This document shows positions 37,767-46,896 of a stretch of 64,000 bases of DNA, one piece after another. Location: assembly GCA_019308905.1 (NCBI GenBank), contig JAFDHF010000003.1:10282-74281 (forward strand), written 5' to 3'. Source of the stretch: Deltaproteobacteria bacterium. GTDB taxonomy: Bacteria; Desulfobacterota; BSN033; WVXP01. The notes under the pieces are model-generated. The model was given only the letters and a program-made list of their open reading frames with translations. It had not been told where the DNA came from and did not search any database. How positions within the stretch are numbered: the first letter of the stretch is position 1; each line of letters starts with the position of its first letter. The translations under genes and the position numbers were made by a program.

Positions 37767-38964
37767 CTCTGGTGGTACGGGATGTCCGGTTGGAGTGTCG
37801 AGCAAGTCGTTTCGGGATGAATGCGTAATGGTCCAGGAAGTCGTTCTCAGGAGCCTTATGCGAAAGGCAATCATGCCTTTCGGGAAATACGACGGGAAAA
37901 AGGTCTTCAACTTCACCCTCAATGTTTTGGAACGCTTCATGCGGAGGAGAAGGCTCGTGTCTTTTCCGATAGGGATCGATCTGATCAGCACGACCAGGTG
38001 TAATCTCAAATGTTTCTATTGCAAGAAGTACGACTGGGGAGGGAAACAGGATTTCACGAGGGACGACTTCGAGTTTGTTGCAAAGACGTTTTTTCCGAGA
38101 CTGTTGTATGTGAAGTTTGGATCTGCAGGTGAAGCGCTGGTCAACAGGGATCTGGGTTTTATGCTCGAGAAATGTCGTGAGTATGGCGTCTCCGTGGTAA
38201 TGAATTCGAACGGCTCCCTCCTCGATGAGGAAAAAATCGAGATGCTCTTCGAGCAGGACGTGAAGATCTTCGGGATATCACTCGACGGGGCCACAAGGGA
38301 GACGGCAGAGGGGATTCGAAGGGGCCTCGATTTTGAGCTATTGATCGAAAAGATCAGAATGATCAGAGACTTGAAGGAACGGTACGGGCGGAAGTACCCG
38401 ATCTTGACGGTCAACTTCGCCGTGATGAGACGGAATATCACGGAACTCCCGTCGTTTGTCGGCCTCATGTCGGACCTGGGAGTATCTGCCGTCCGTGTGA
38501 TGTTCCTCTACGTCCACGAGTTCATGGATCCTGGGGAATCCCTGTTCCTGCATCGGGAGCTGGTGGAGAAGTATTTTGCCTTGGCCGGGAAAAGTGCGAG
38601 GGCCTCCGGCATCAGGCTGCTCTTGCCCCCTGGGTTGGAGGGAAGAAACGGGGACAGGATGTGCTTTTTCCCCTATCACGAGATAGGACTGAGTCCTGAC
38701 GGGTCGGTCGCCTTTTGCTGTAATGCATGGGGTGAAGAGAAGATGGGGAATGTTTTCAAGCAGGATTTCATGAGTGAAATCTGGAACTCCGGGAGATACC
38801 AGGAGTTGAGGCGGCGGGTGAACAGTTCCAGGCCGATGCATACCCTCTGCCGAGAGTGCTCGGCCCTGGACAGAGGGGTCGGTGGGATCTCGAGGCATTT
38901 TGCCCGAGAGCACCACACCCGTGTAAGGGAGATGATTTTATCCCAATACGGGCGGCCTGTTTGA
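37756..38964 (+). CDS. Radical SAM / SPASM-domain protein
   Basis: CNLKCFYC (CxxxCxxC) and a C-terminal Cys cluster (CCNAWGE...CRECSALD) fit a SPASM/twitch auxiliary cluster. Probable start is ATG 37828. Confidence 0.75.
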   Translation: MTFDSGGTGCPVGVSSKSFRDECVMVQEVVLRSLMRKAIMPFGKYDGKKVFNFTLNVLERFMRRRRLVSFPIGIDLISTTRCNLKCFYCKKYDWGGKQDFTRDDFEFVAKTFFPRLLYVKFGSAGEALVNRDLGFMLEKCREYGVSVVMNSNGSLLDEEKIEMLFEQDVKIFGISLDGATRETAEGIRRGLDFELLIEKIRMIRDLKERYGRKYPILTVNFAVMRRNITELPSFVGLMSDLGVSAVRVMFLYVHEFMDPGESLFLHRELVEKYFALAGKSARASGIRLLLPPGLEGRNGDRMCFFPYHEIGLSPDGSVAFCCNAWGEEKMGNVFKQDFMSEIWNSGRYQELRRRVNSSRPMHTLCRECSALDRGVGGISRHFAREHHTRVREMILSQYGRPV

Positions 38965-39010
38965 TACAGGACATGCGCCCTTTTGGGGCCGGTGGAGGCG
39001 GTCCCTGGCC

Positions 39011-40510
39011 ATGAAAGTCGTACTCATCAATCCTCCCCAGGTATTTTCGAAGTCACAGGTTGCAGCCGGTGTCATCCCCCCCTTGGGTCTGCTCTACCTA
39101 GCCGCTGCTTTGAGGCAGTCAGGGCATGTGCCCCTGATAATCGATTCTGTTGTCGAGGCCGCAACAAATATCTACAGGATCAGCGGCAGTATTGCCTGCA
39201 GGGGGCTTGAGATCGACGAGATCGTCGCCCGTATACCGAAAGATACGGGTTTGGTGGGGGTAAGCAATCTCTTTTCTTTCGCCTTCCCGGTCGTGAAGAG
39301 GCTTACAGAGCAGATCAAGAGGGTCCGCCCGGATGTGGGAATCGCCGTGGGCGGCGCCCACCCATCGGCCTTGCCCTTGGAGACCGTGTCCGAGAAGTCG
39401 ATCGACTTTGTGGTCATAAGCGAAGGCGAGGAAACACTCACCAAACTCCTAAACAATCTGGGAGACCATGAAGCTTACAGGGGGATAGATGGGTTGGCCT
39501 ACAAGGGCAGGGAGGGAATTCCCTGCGTCAATCAGAAGGCCGAGTTTATCGAGGATCTAGATGGTCTTCCCTTCCCTGCGAGGGACCTGGTTCCCCTAGA
39601 GAAGTACTATGAGATAGGCGAGGCCCATGGTCCGACCCAGGGCAGGAGGTGGACGCCGATTCTCTCGTCAAGGGGCTGCCCGTACCAGTGTACCTTCTGT
39701 ACCCCGAGGCTGTGGGGAAGAAGATACCGCGTTAGATCGGCCGAGAACGTGCTGGCCGAGATAGAGGAGTGCCAGAGGGAGTACGGAATAAGGGAGTTTC
39801 ATTTCGAGGACGAGAACCTGACGATAGACAAGAGAAGACTCATGGAGATTTGCAATGGGATCATCGAACGAGGCCTGGAGATAAGATGGCAGACTCCCAA
39901 CGGAATAAGAGCATCTGTTACCGATGTGGAAATGCTCGATCTGATGAAGGAGTCGGGGTGCTGTCACGTCACCGTGGCTCCTGAATCAGGCTCCGAAAGG
40001 GTTCTCAACGAAATAATAAGAAAGCGGCAGGACCTCGCAAAGGTGACGCGCCTTGTCAGGCATGCCCACCGGAGGGGCCTAAAGACCGCAGCCTATTTTA
40101 TCATGGGCCTACCCGGTGAGACCAGGAAGGACGTGGAGATGTCGATCGATTATGCCTGCCGCCTGGCAAAGGCAGGACTGGACGAGGTCGTTTTCTCGAA
40201 TTTTGTTGCTCTTCCGGGTTCGGAACTTTTCGACAGGCTTCTAAAGGAGGGAAGATTCCACGGGGATTGGTCGAGACTCGTGGCCATGGGTGATATTTCG
40301 ACTGCAGAATCCTGGTCCGAGGGAATCACCTCCAGAGAGCTCAAGGCGCTGAGAAGGAAGGCCTATCTGAAGTTCCACTTGGTCAAAGCCTTTTGGTACC
40401 CACTGAAGGCCATGAGATCGGTTCTGAACGTTCTGAGAAAAAGGGAAGAGCTCAAGACAGAGAGGGTGTTGATAACCTTTATCAAGAGGATCGGCTTGAG
40501 AACGGGTTGA
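39011..40510 (+). CDS. B12-binding (class B) radical SAM enzyme
   Basis: N-terminal B12-binding fold (VVLINPP...GHVPLIID), then CPYQCTFC and the radical SAM core. Confidence 0.8.
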   Translation: MKVVLINPPQVFSKSQVAAGVIPPLGLLYLAAALRQSGHVPLIIDSVVEAATNIYRISGSIACRGLEIDEIVARIPKDTGLVGVSNLFSFAFPVVKRLTEQIKRVRPDVGIAVGGAHPSALPLETVSEKSIDFVVISEGEETLTKLLNNLGDHEAYRGIDGLAYKGREGIPCVNQKAEFIEDLDGLPFPARDLVPLEKYYEIGEAHGPTQGRRWTPILSSRGCPYQCTFCTPRLWGRRYRVRSAENVLAEIEECQREYGIREFHFEDENLTIDKRRLMEICNGIIERGLEIRWQTPNGIRASVTDVEMLDLMKESGCCHVTVAPESGSERVLNEIIRKRQDLAKVTRLVRHAHRRGLKTAAYFIMGLPGETRKDVEMSIDYACRLAKAGLDEVVFSNFVALPGSELFDRLLKEGRFHGDWSRLVAMGDISTAESWSEGITSRELKALRRKAYLKFHLVKAFWYPLKAMRSVLNVLRKREELKTERVLITFIKRIGLRTG

Positions 40511-40634
40511 ATTAGGTGGTCGAATCCCGATTCTGAGGGTTTGCGGGTTCAGCGTGTTGCCGGCTCGACAGAGGGTCGGCCGGTTTGACAACCAATCTGC
40601 CGCCGGCACTCGGTTCAGAAGGAGGACATAGCTG

Positions 40635-42065
40635 ATGAACGAAATCAAGGACGGCAACCCGAGCTTTCTTCTGATCGGGCACTACCGGTGCGGCACCTCT
40701 CTGCTGAGGCACGTGATCAACCGCCACTCCAGACTGCTACTGACGACGGAGGCTCATTGGCTCCCCCAGGTGTTTCAGGCCGGGGCGGTCTTCCAGAAAT
40801 TCTTCGAGGTTAACCCCGTTGAGTTTGAACTGAACGAGTTGCCCCTGCAGAGAACTTCCCGCTGGTATCATGGGATTCGTGCATTGCACTCGGCTCTTTT
40901 CGAAGAACATCGGGACAAGATATGGGGCATGACAGTAATCGGCCACGGAAACGCCGCATACGCCGATTATCTGTTTACCCTGTATGGGGAAGCCAAGTAC
41001 GTCCTGGCGATTCGTGATCCGAGGGATATTTACCTTTCATATCTTCGAACCAATATCGGGGGGGAATACGGTGCGTATACGTTGAAGACCTTCTTGAACC
41101 ATCTCAATATGAACGGCTTGCCGTACCTTGTAGTTCGATATGAGGACATGGTCATTGACCCGAGGAGACAGATAGAGAGGCTGTGCTGTTTTCTCGGGGT
41201 GGACTATGAACCGGGTATGCTGGAGCCACTGACTCGCAGACTGTCCGGGAACTTGACGCCGGCCCTCCAAAGGGCCGCTTTGAACGAGGAGTATCCGGTG
41301 GGAAATCGGGCACTGGTCGAAAGGTGGAAGTCCCAATTGACCGACGAGGCACTCCTGAGACTGAACGATCAGGTGGATGCCATCGATCAGTTGGGATACC
41401 CGGTCGTCAGGGCCGAGGGTGCCGGGTTGCGCCACAGCATCAGAGACGAGGTCTCGGGGACCTTGATCGGCATGAAGGACTCCCTTACCAAAAGGGATTG
41501 TTTCTCGGGTGCCCTTCCTGAAAGGGTCGACATTCTTTCGGCAGGGGCGTTCGGGATCCGATTTCAGAACCGGCCTGGCAACGGCACGGCAAGAATCAGA
41601 ATCGATGGTTTCGGAGAACTCGCTGAGAGCATGGAGTCGCCCCTGCTTTACTACCATGCCGTCTACGGATCTCCTTTACCCTTCCATCCTGTCTATGGGG
41701 AGTCTTTTCCCACTGAGAGGAAGTGGAAGTATCTGTTGAAACAGAACAAGAGGAGGCTCCTGCTCTTTTCCGCCGGAGGTGCGACCAGGGCGTTTTTATC
41801 AGGGCAAACGATCCCGACCTCGGAATTCGAGATCGTAGGCGTGATCGACAATCACAAAAGGGGATTCATGGACCATGGGGGCAAGCGGTACAGGATCTAC
41901 CCGCTCAAGAAGGCACTGGAAGTCGACCACGATGCGATTCTCATCACCTCTCCCACCTTCCGTCATGAGATAAAGGAGTGTTTGGTCAAATGCGGGCTCA
42001 GGGAGAACAGGGATTTCTACTGCTTTTTCCCAAGCCGGTGTGCGGGGAGTGGAAAGTTCGAATGA
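40635..42065 (+). CDS. Sulfotransferase (P-loop 5'-PSB type) fused to Rossmann-like PglD/NeuD-N-like module
   Basis: FLLIGHYRCGTSLLRHVINRH is the PAPS 5'-phosphosulfate-binding loop. C-terminal RLLLFSAGGATRAFL...FEIVGVIDNHKRGFMDHGGKRYRIYP...DAILITS is the repeated module. Confidence 0.7.
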   Translation: MNEIKDGNPSFLLIGHYRCGTSLLRHVINRHSRLLLTTEAHWLPQVFQAGAVFQKFFEVNPVEFELNELPLQRTSRWYHGIRALHSALFEEHRDKIWGMTVIGHGNAAYADYLFTLYGEAKYVLAIRDPRDIYLSYLRTNIGGEYGAYTLKTFLNHLNMNGLPYLVVRYEDMVIDPRRQIERLCCFLGVDYEPGMLEPLTRRLSGNLTPALQRAALNEEYPVGNRALVERWKSQLTDEALLRLNDQVDAIDQLGYPVVRAEGAGLRHSIRDEVSGTLIGMKDSLTKRDCFSGALPERVDILSAGAFGIRFQNRPGNGTARIRIDGFGELAESMESPLLYYHAVYGSPLPFHPVYGESFPTERKWKYLLKQNKRRLLLFSAGGATRAFLSGQTIPTSEFEIVGVIDNHKRGFMDHGGKRYRIYPLKKALEVDHDAILITSPTFRHEIKECLVKCGLRENRDFYCFFPSRCAGSGKFE

Positions 42066-42128
42066 AGACGTGTTTCCCTGTTCCCGTCGGAATGCACCAC
42101 GAAAATCGAACACTATAGAGGTGGAATC

Positions 42129-43211
42129 ATGATCAGCGTAGTCATACCTGTTTACAATGAAGAGAAGAACATCGATCTACTGTACGATCGGCTCTCCTCT
42201 GTTCTGTCTCAGCTAAAGTATGACTGGGAGATCATCTTTGTGAACGACGGGAGTGAAGATAATTCTCTCGAGATACTGAAAAGGTACGCAAGCCAGGACA
42301 GAAGAGTAAAAATCATAAGTCTCAGCAGGAATTTCGGCCATCAGGTCGCACTGAGCGCAGGAATGCGGGAGGCAAGGGGTGTCGTGTGTGTCACCATGGA
42401 TTGTGATCTCCAGGATCCTCCTGAGCTGATTCCAGCCATGATAAGAAAATACGAAGAAGGGAACAATATTGTCTATGCGAGGAGAACGAACAGATCCGAC
42501 GGTTTCCTGAAGAAGCTGACCGCAAGGGTCTATTACAAGATATTGGATTTGATCTCCGAGGTCCGCGTCCCCCAAAACGTCGGGGACTTCAGGTTGGTCG
42601 ACAGGAAGGTTTTGACGGTCCTGAACAACCTGCCGGAGAAATGCAGGTACCTTAGAGGTATGGTCAGTTGGGTCGGATTCAAGCAGGCCTTTGTGGAATT
42701 CGACAGGCCCAACAGATGCAATGGGAAGACCAGTTACACCTGGATAAGGATGCTTGAACTCGCTGCAGCCGGTATTCTGAGCTCCTCGCTCCTGCCACTA
42801 AAGTTGGGGATGTACATTGGAATGCTCTCGATGATTGTGGGTTTTGGGTTTCTCATATACATGATCGGAGACACTCTTGTATTCAACACCGTGTACCCTC
42901 TGTACAGGTGGCTCATGGTAGTCGTCTTTGTCTTCTTCGGGCTCAGTTTTATTCTCATTTGGATAATGGCGGAATATATAGGAAGGATCTACAAGGAAGA
43001 AACTGGAAGGCCGCTTTACATCATCGACGAGAAGACAAATCTTGAAACTCAAGTCAGTGAAGATAATCAATTGTACAGTCCCGTATGTGATTGCTCCTGG
43101 GTGGAGATGGGTGAACGGACGTTGAACGGCGACCGTGTCGATTACGGATCTGACCCTCTTGCGGCCGGGCCTGATGGAGAGAGTCTCGAAGTCGCTCACT
43201 CATTGCAGTAA
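42129..43211 (+). CDS. GT2 polyprenyl-phosphate sugar transferase (ArnC/GtrB/DPM1-like)
   Basis: MISVVIPVYNEEKNIDLLYDRL...EIIFVNDGSEDNS...DCDLQDPP, plus two C-terminal TM helices, as in ArnC/GtrB. Confidence 0.8.
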   Translation: MISVVIPVYNEEKNIDLLYDRLSSVLSQLKYDWEIIFVNDGSEDNSLEILKRYASQDRRVKIISLSRNFGHQVALSAGMREARGVVCVTMDCDLQDPPELIPAMIRKYEEGNNIVYARRTNRSDGFLKKLTARVYYKILDLISEVRVPQNVGDFRLVDRKVLTVLNNLPEKCRYLRGMVSWVGFKQAFVEFDRPNRCNGKTSYTWIRMLELAAAGILSSSLLPLKLGMYIGMLSMIVGFGFLIYMIGDTLVFNTVYPLYRWLMVVVFVFFGLSFILIWIMAEYIGRIYKEETGRPLYIIDEKTNLETQVSEDNQLYSPVCDCSWVEMGERTLNGDRVDYGSDPLAAGPDGESLEVAHSLQ

Positions 43212-43230
43212 ATATGCCGAAGCGACGGAT

Positions 43231-44379
43231 ATGGAGAAGAACATACTGATCATCAACAACGAATTTCCGCCGATCGGAGGGGGTGCCGGAAATGCCTCTT
43301 TCTACCTTGCCAAAAATCTCTCGAAACTCGGGCATAGAGTCAGGGTTGTAACTGCGGGGTTCCGTGACCTCCCTCCCAGGGAGGAGGAGGGCGGAGTCAC
43401 AATCAACCGTGTGAAATGCAGCAGAAGGAAACGGTTTGAGTCGGGGCTTTGGGAACTTCTGTCATATGCTGGAAGCGCCGTGAGATTCATATCCCGGGAA
43501 TTGAAGGCCGGCGGAGAAAGGTATGATATCTCGATATGCTTCCACACCCTTCCAGCAGGGATGGTGAGTTATGCCTTGCTAAGAAACTCGAATGTACCGT
43601 ACATAGTCATGCTGCGAGGGGGGGACGTGCCGGGTTTTCTTCCCGAGAGGTTCAGATACTACCACATGGTTTCCATGCCGGTGATCAAGGCTGTGTGGAA
43701 GAACGCACGGCACGTGGTGGCGAACTCGAAAGGACTGGGGGAGCTGGCTGGAAGAACGGCATGCAGGATCGGCCGGGAGGTCCTGGTCATAGAGAACGGC
43801 GTCGATCTTTCCTCATTTCAAGCCCGAAGCAGACACCGGTTCGATGGAACCCTGAGAATGCTCTTTGTGGGCCGGTTGGAGAAACAGAAGGGCATTCCCT
43901 ATCTGATAGAGGCCGTGTCTCTGCTCGCAGTGGAAGACCGCGAAAGGGTCAGAGTCGATCTGATCGGAGAAGGACCCGAAAGGGCGGTTTTGGAAGAGAT
44001 GATAGAGGAGAGAGGGCTCCGCAATTTCAGGTTCCTGGGGTATTTCCCTCATGACAGAATCAGCACGCGATTCGGGGAGGCGGATCTGTTCGTCCTCCCA
44101 TCCCTTTACGAAGGAATGCCGAATGCCCTTCTCGAGGCGATGGCAGGAGGGCTTCCTGCATTGGTAACGGATATCATGGGCAACAATGAATTGGTTGAGA
44201 ATGAAATAAACGGTTTTCTGGTCCCCCCTGCTGATCCGTGGGCGCTGAGGGCTGCCATAATGAGATTCCTGGAACGCCCCGAGTTGCTCTCAGAATTCCG
44301 AGAAAACACCCTGTGCAGGGTACGGAAATTCGATTGGATGAAGGCGACACAAGAGTTGAACAACCTGATAATGAGCTAG
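43231..44379 (+). CDS. GT4-family glycosyltransferase
   Basis: ILIINNEFPPIGGGAGNASFYLAKNL N-terminus and PSLYEGMPNALLEAMAGGLPALVTD (E-x7-E). ATG 43231. Confidence 0.85.
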   Translation: MEKNILIINNEFPPIGGGAGNASFYLAKNLSKLGHRVRVVTAGFRDLPPREEEGGVTINRVKCSRRKRFESGLWELLSYAGSAVRFISRELKAGGERYDISICFHTLPAGMVSYALLRNSNVPYIVMLRGGDVPGFLPERFRYYHMVSMPVIKAVWKNARHVVANSKGLGELAGRTACRIGREVLVIENGVDLSSFQARSRHRFDGTLRMLFVGRLEKQKGIPYLIEAVSLLAVEDRERVRVDLIGEGPERAVLEEMIEERGLRNFRFLGYFPHDRISTRFGEADLFVLPSLYEGMPNALLEAMAGGLPALVTDIMGNNELVENEINGFLVPPADPWALRAAIMRFLERPELLSEFRENTLCRVRKFDWMKATQELNNLIMS

Positions 44380-45437
44380 TGCCCGTCCGGAAAGCCCCTG
44401 TTCACGTCCGATCAGTTCAGAAAAAAGACTCGAGTCTCTGGGATTTCCTCGAACCACCCGACAGTCAAGAATCAAACCCGAACGGCCGCCTGTCAGATAG
44501 ACCTTATGACCGTAACACGGCTCACGTCCCCCTTTTTCGATGATGCCGGTATGATCTTCAAAAAACGAAACCACCTTCTCAGAGGCTGCAACCTTCTCCC
44601 CCCGAATCACCCGACGCTCGGTCTGATCGATCACTCGCCCGAAGATCATCAGCTCCCGCTCCAGCTTCTCCATCAATACCCGAGCCCGGCAAAACTCTCC
44701 TACATCATCGCTCTGAAAATGATCCAATGCCGATATGGCCTCTGTAGTATAACCCACAACCCGACGAGCCACCCCGAGAAGCTCTCGGTAAGCCTTCTGG
44801 CGAACTTTGCTGCTCCTGCTGTTGACAATGGCCATGACTCGCCTGTTTGCCACCCGTCGGTGGTCCGAAAACCGATACCCAGGCACAGGCCGAAGCCGTT
44901 TTCCCTCAATCAAAAGCCGAGTGATAAGCCGGATGCCATCCTCCAGAAGCCTGGAGTCCGTAGGATAATGGATATTGCTCTCAATGGCCGTGGAGTCGAG
45001 CCGAACCGTACGACCCTTCTTGAACCCTTAAACCACAGCGTATCGGATGAGCAGCCTGTTGACCGCCTCCCGGGTACCGGGCCTAAGTTGCTTGATGTTT
45101 TATTGAAGGGTCGATACCCCAGCCGCTGCCCCATCCCAAGCCGACAAGAGGCCCGAAAGGACTGAGAATCCTCCAGATGAAAGGCCAGCTCCTCATAGCT
45201 CAAATTGCGATACTGCTTCAATATGGTACATCGAAGGACCTGCTCGGCCGTCATCCCCTCACGCCCCGTGTCAGGACGCTTGGCCCGAACCATATCCCGA
45301 TAAACAAGATCATAGATGCCTGGATTGTCATCGAGAACTCTCGAAATGGCCTCCAGTTCTCGGGCGACCTGGTTGCGCGGCATGGTGTGGAAAATACTCA
45401 GTTGAGAAATCCGTTTTTCACGCATCTTTATCCCCAC
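44290..45437 (-). pseudogene. IS5/ISNCY-type transposase, frameshifted and 3'-degenerate
   Basis: N-terminal fragment (44910-45437) has a DUF772/InsH-N-like segment (...GREGMTAEQVLRCTILKQYRNLSYEELAFHL...). It continues in another frame (44290-44913) into a DDE-region remnant. The tail overlaps the upstream GT4 gene, so the reading frame is not intact. Confidence 0.65.
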
Positions 45438-45580
45438 AGAATAGAGATTTGTCTAACTATTTCAAGACCTTATTGTGAGGATGATACACCGAATAACATG
45501 AAAATACAACACAAAAATGACCACATATTCAATTAAATCAATCAATTAGAGTTTCCGGATGGAGTCTATCTACCTGCAAT
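44380..45580 (-). mobile_element. Degenerate insertion-sequence remnant with AT-rich junction
   Basis: The only minus-strand coding signal in the window. Base composition drops sharply at 45440-45580 (runs of A/T such as ATTCAATTAAATCAATCAATTAG). No intact terminal inverted repeats were identified by eye. Confidence 0.5.
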
Positions 45581-45581
45581 C

Positions 45582-46850
45582 ATGATCTTTCCAAAGGACA
45601 AGACGGCCGCTCCCGGGATACACCCGACCGATTCCGGGGATTTTGTCTCCCGTGCCTGTGGAGATCCCGCAGATGTATACGTGGCCGAAGACTCTGATGG
45701 CCTGTTCATGGGGGACCTGATGACCAAAACCGGAGATCCTTTCTATGAAGGATCGAGCATCTTGAAGGTTTCATACTGGTACAAGAAGTCTTTGGTGGTT
45801 CCCCGCTTCAACCTCGTCCTCTTGGAGAAGAAGATCCGGTTCCACTTGGTGGACATCTCTTCCGCGTGGAAGAAGGTAGAAGAGCAATCGGATAGGGTGG
45901 TAACGTCGATTCTTTCTACGTTTGACTTCTTTGAGAGGTCTCCCGATGCAATGGAGGATTTTGGCCGGCTCCTTGGCGACTACTACAGCAGAAAGGGTGT
46001 CGAGCTGGATAAGATGGGTCGCTCCGAAGAGGCAAAGGCGGCGATGCTTACCTCGATCTCCTGTTTCCTGAATCAGGCCGACGTGCATCGGAATCTCGCG
46101 GTGATTCTCGCCCGGCAGGGCGAGCTGGAAAGAGCCGTCCGCTACATCCGTGGTGCTTTACAAATCGATCCACGAAAAGAGGAGTACTGGTCTCTTCTGA
46201 TCGCACTGTTGAACAGATGCGGGCTCGACTCGGAAGGGATCGACTGGATGAGGAAGATGGAGGGGGTGATCCCGCCTGATCCGGGATTGCTCAGAGCCCT
46301 TGGGGCATTGGGGTTGACCTATCACCAGGAAGATATGATCGCCATTGTGCTCGGCTTGATCGAGAAGATTGAGCCAGAGGATGCCATGATAGGTCCCTTG
46401 AAATCAGCCCTGGAAGGCGATCTGAGTGAGGCGGTCAGGCAATATGAGGCACTGCCCACGAAACCGGGCAGCAGGAGCATCCCCCGGGATCTCTCAACGG
46501 CAGGGTGTGAAAGGCCCTTTTCCAACCAAGAGATGCTGAAAACGTTGAGATGTCTCCTTCCGGAGGGGAGACGGCGAATCGCGCTCTACACGGCAGGAGG
46601 AGCTACCAGATCTCTCTTGGAAAGGACCTCCTTTGCCGGCTTCGAGATTGTTTGCATCATCGACAGGGACCGTTCCGGAGGCACACTTAACGGCTATCCG
46701 ATTGTGACACTCAGCACGGCGCTGGAACAAGGAGTGGACTATATCATCGTCTCCAGCCCTGCTTTCTATAGCGAAATCAAGCCGAAACTACAGGCAAGGG
46801 GCCTTAGAGAATTCAACGATTTCAGCCCCCTCCCGCCCCACTCTTCTTGA
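45582..46850 (+). CDS. TPR-like protein fused to Rossmann-like PglD/NeuD-N-like module
   Basis: Central helical/TPR-like repeats. C-terminal RIALYTAGGATRSLL...FEIVCIIDRDRSGGTLNGYPIV...DYIIVSS is the repeated module. Start uncertain. Confidence 0.5.
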   Translation: MIFPKDKTAAPGIHPTDSGDFVSRACGDPADVYVAEDSDGLFMGDLMTKTGDPFYEGSSILKVSYWYKKSLVVPRFNLVLLEKKIRFHLVDISSAWKKVEEQSDRVVTSILSTFDFFERSPDAMEDFGRLLGDYYSRKGVELDKMGRSEEAKAAMLTSISCFLNQADVHRNLAVILARQGELERAVRYIRGALQIDPRKEEYWSLLIALLNRCGLDSEGIDWMRKMEGVIPPDPGLLRALGALGLTYHQEDMIAIVLGLIEKIEPEDAMIGPLKSALEGDLSEAVRQYEALPTKPGSRSIPRDLSTAGCERPFSNQEMLKTLRCLLPEGRRRIALYTAGGATRSLLERTSFAGFEIVCIIDRDRSGGTLNGYPIVTLSTALEQGVDYIIVSSPAFYSEIKPKLQARGLREFNDFSPLPPHSS

Positions 46851-46896
46851 AGGCGGGCATAGGTCTCGAGAAGCCGGATCAGAGGAGAATCGAATC

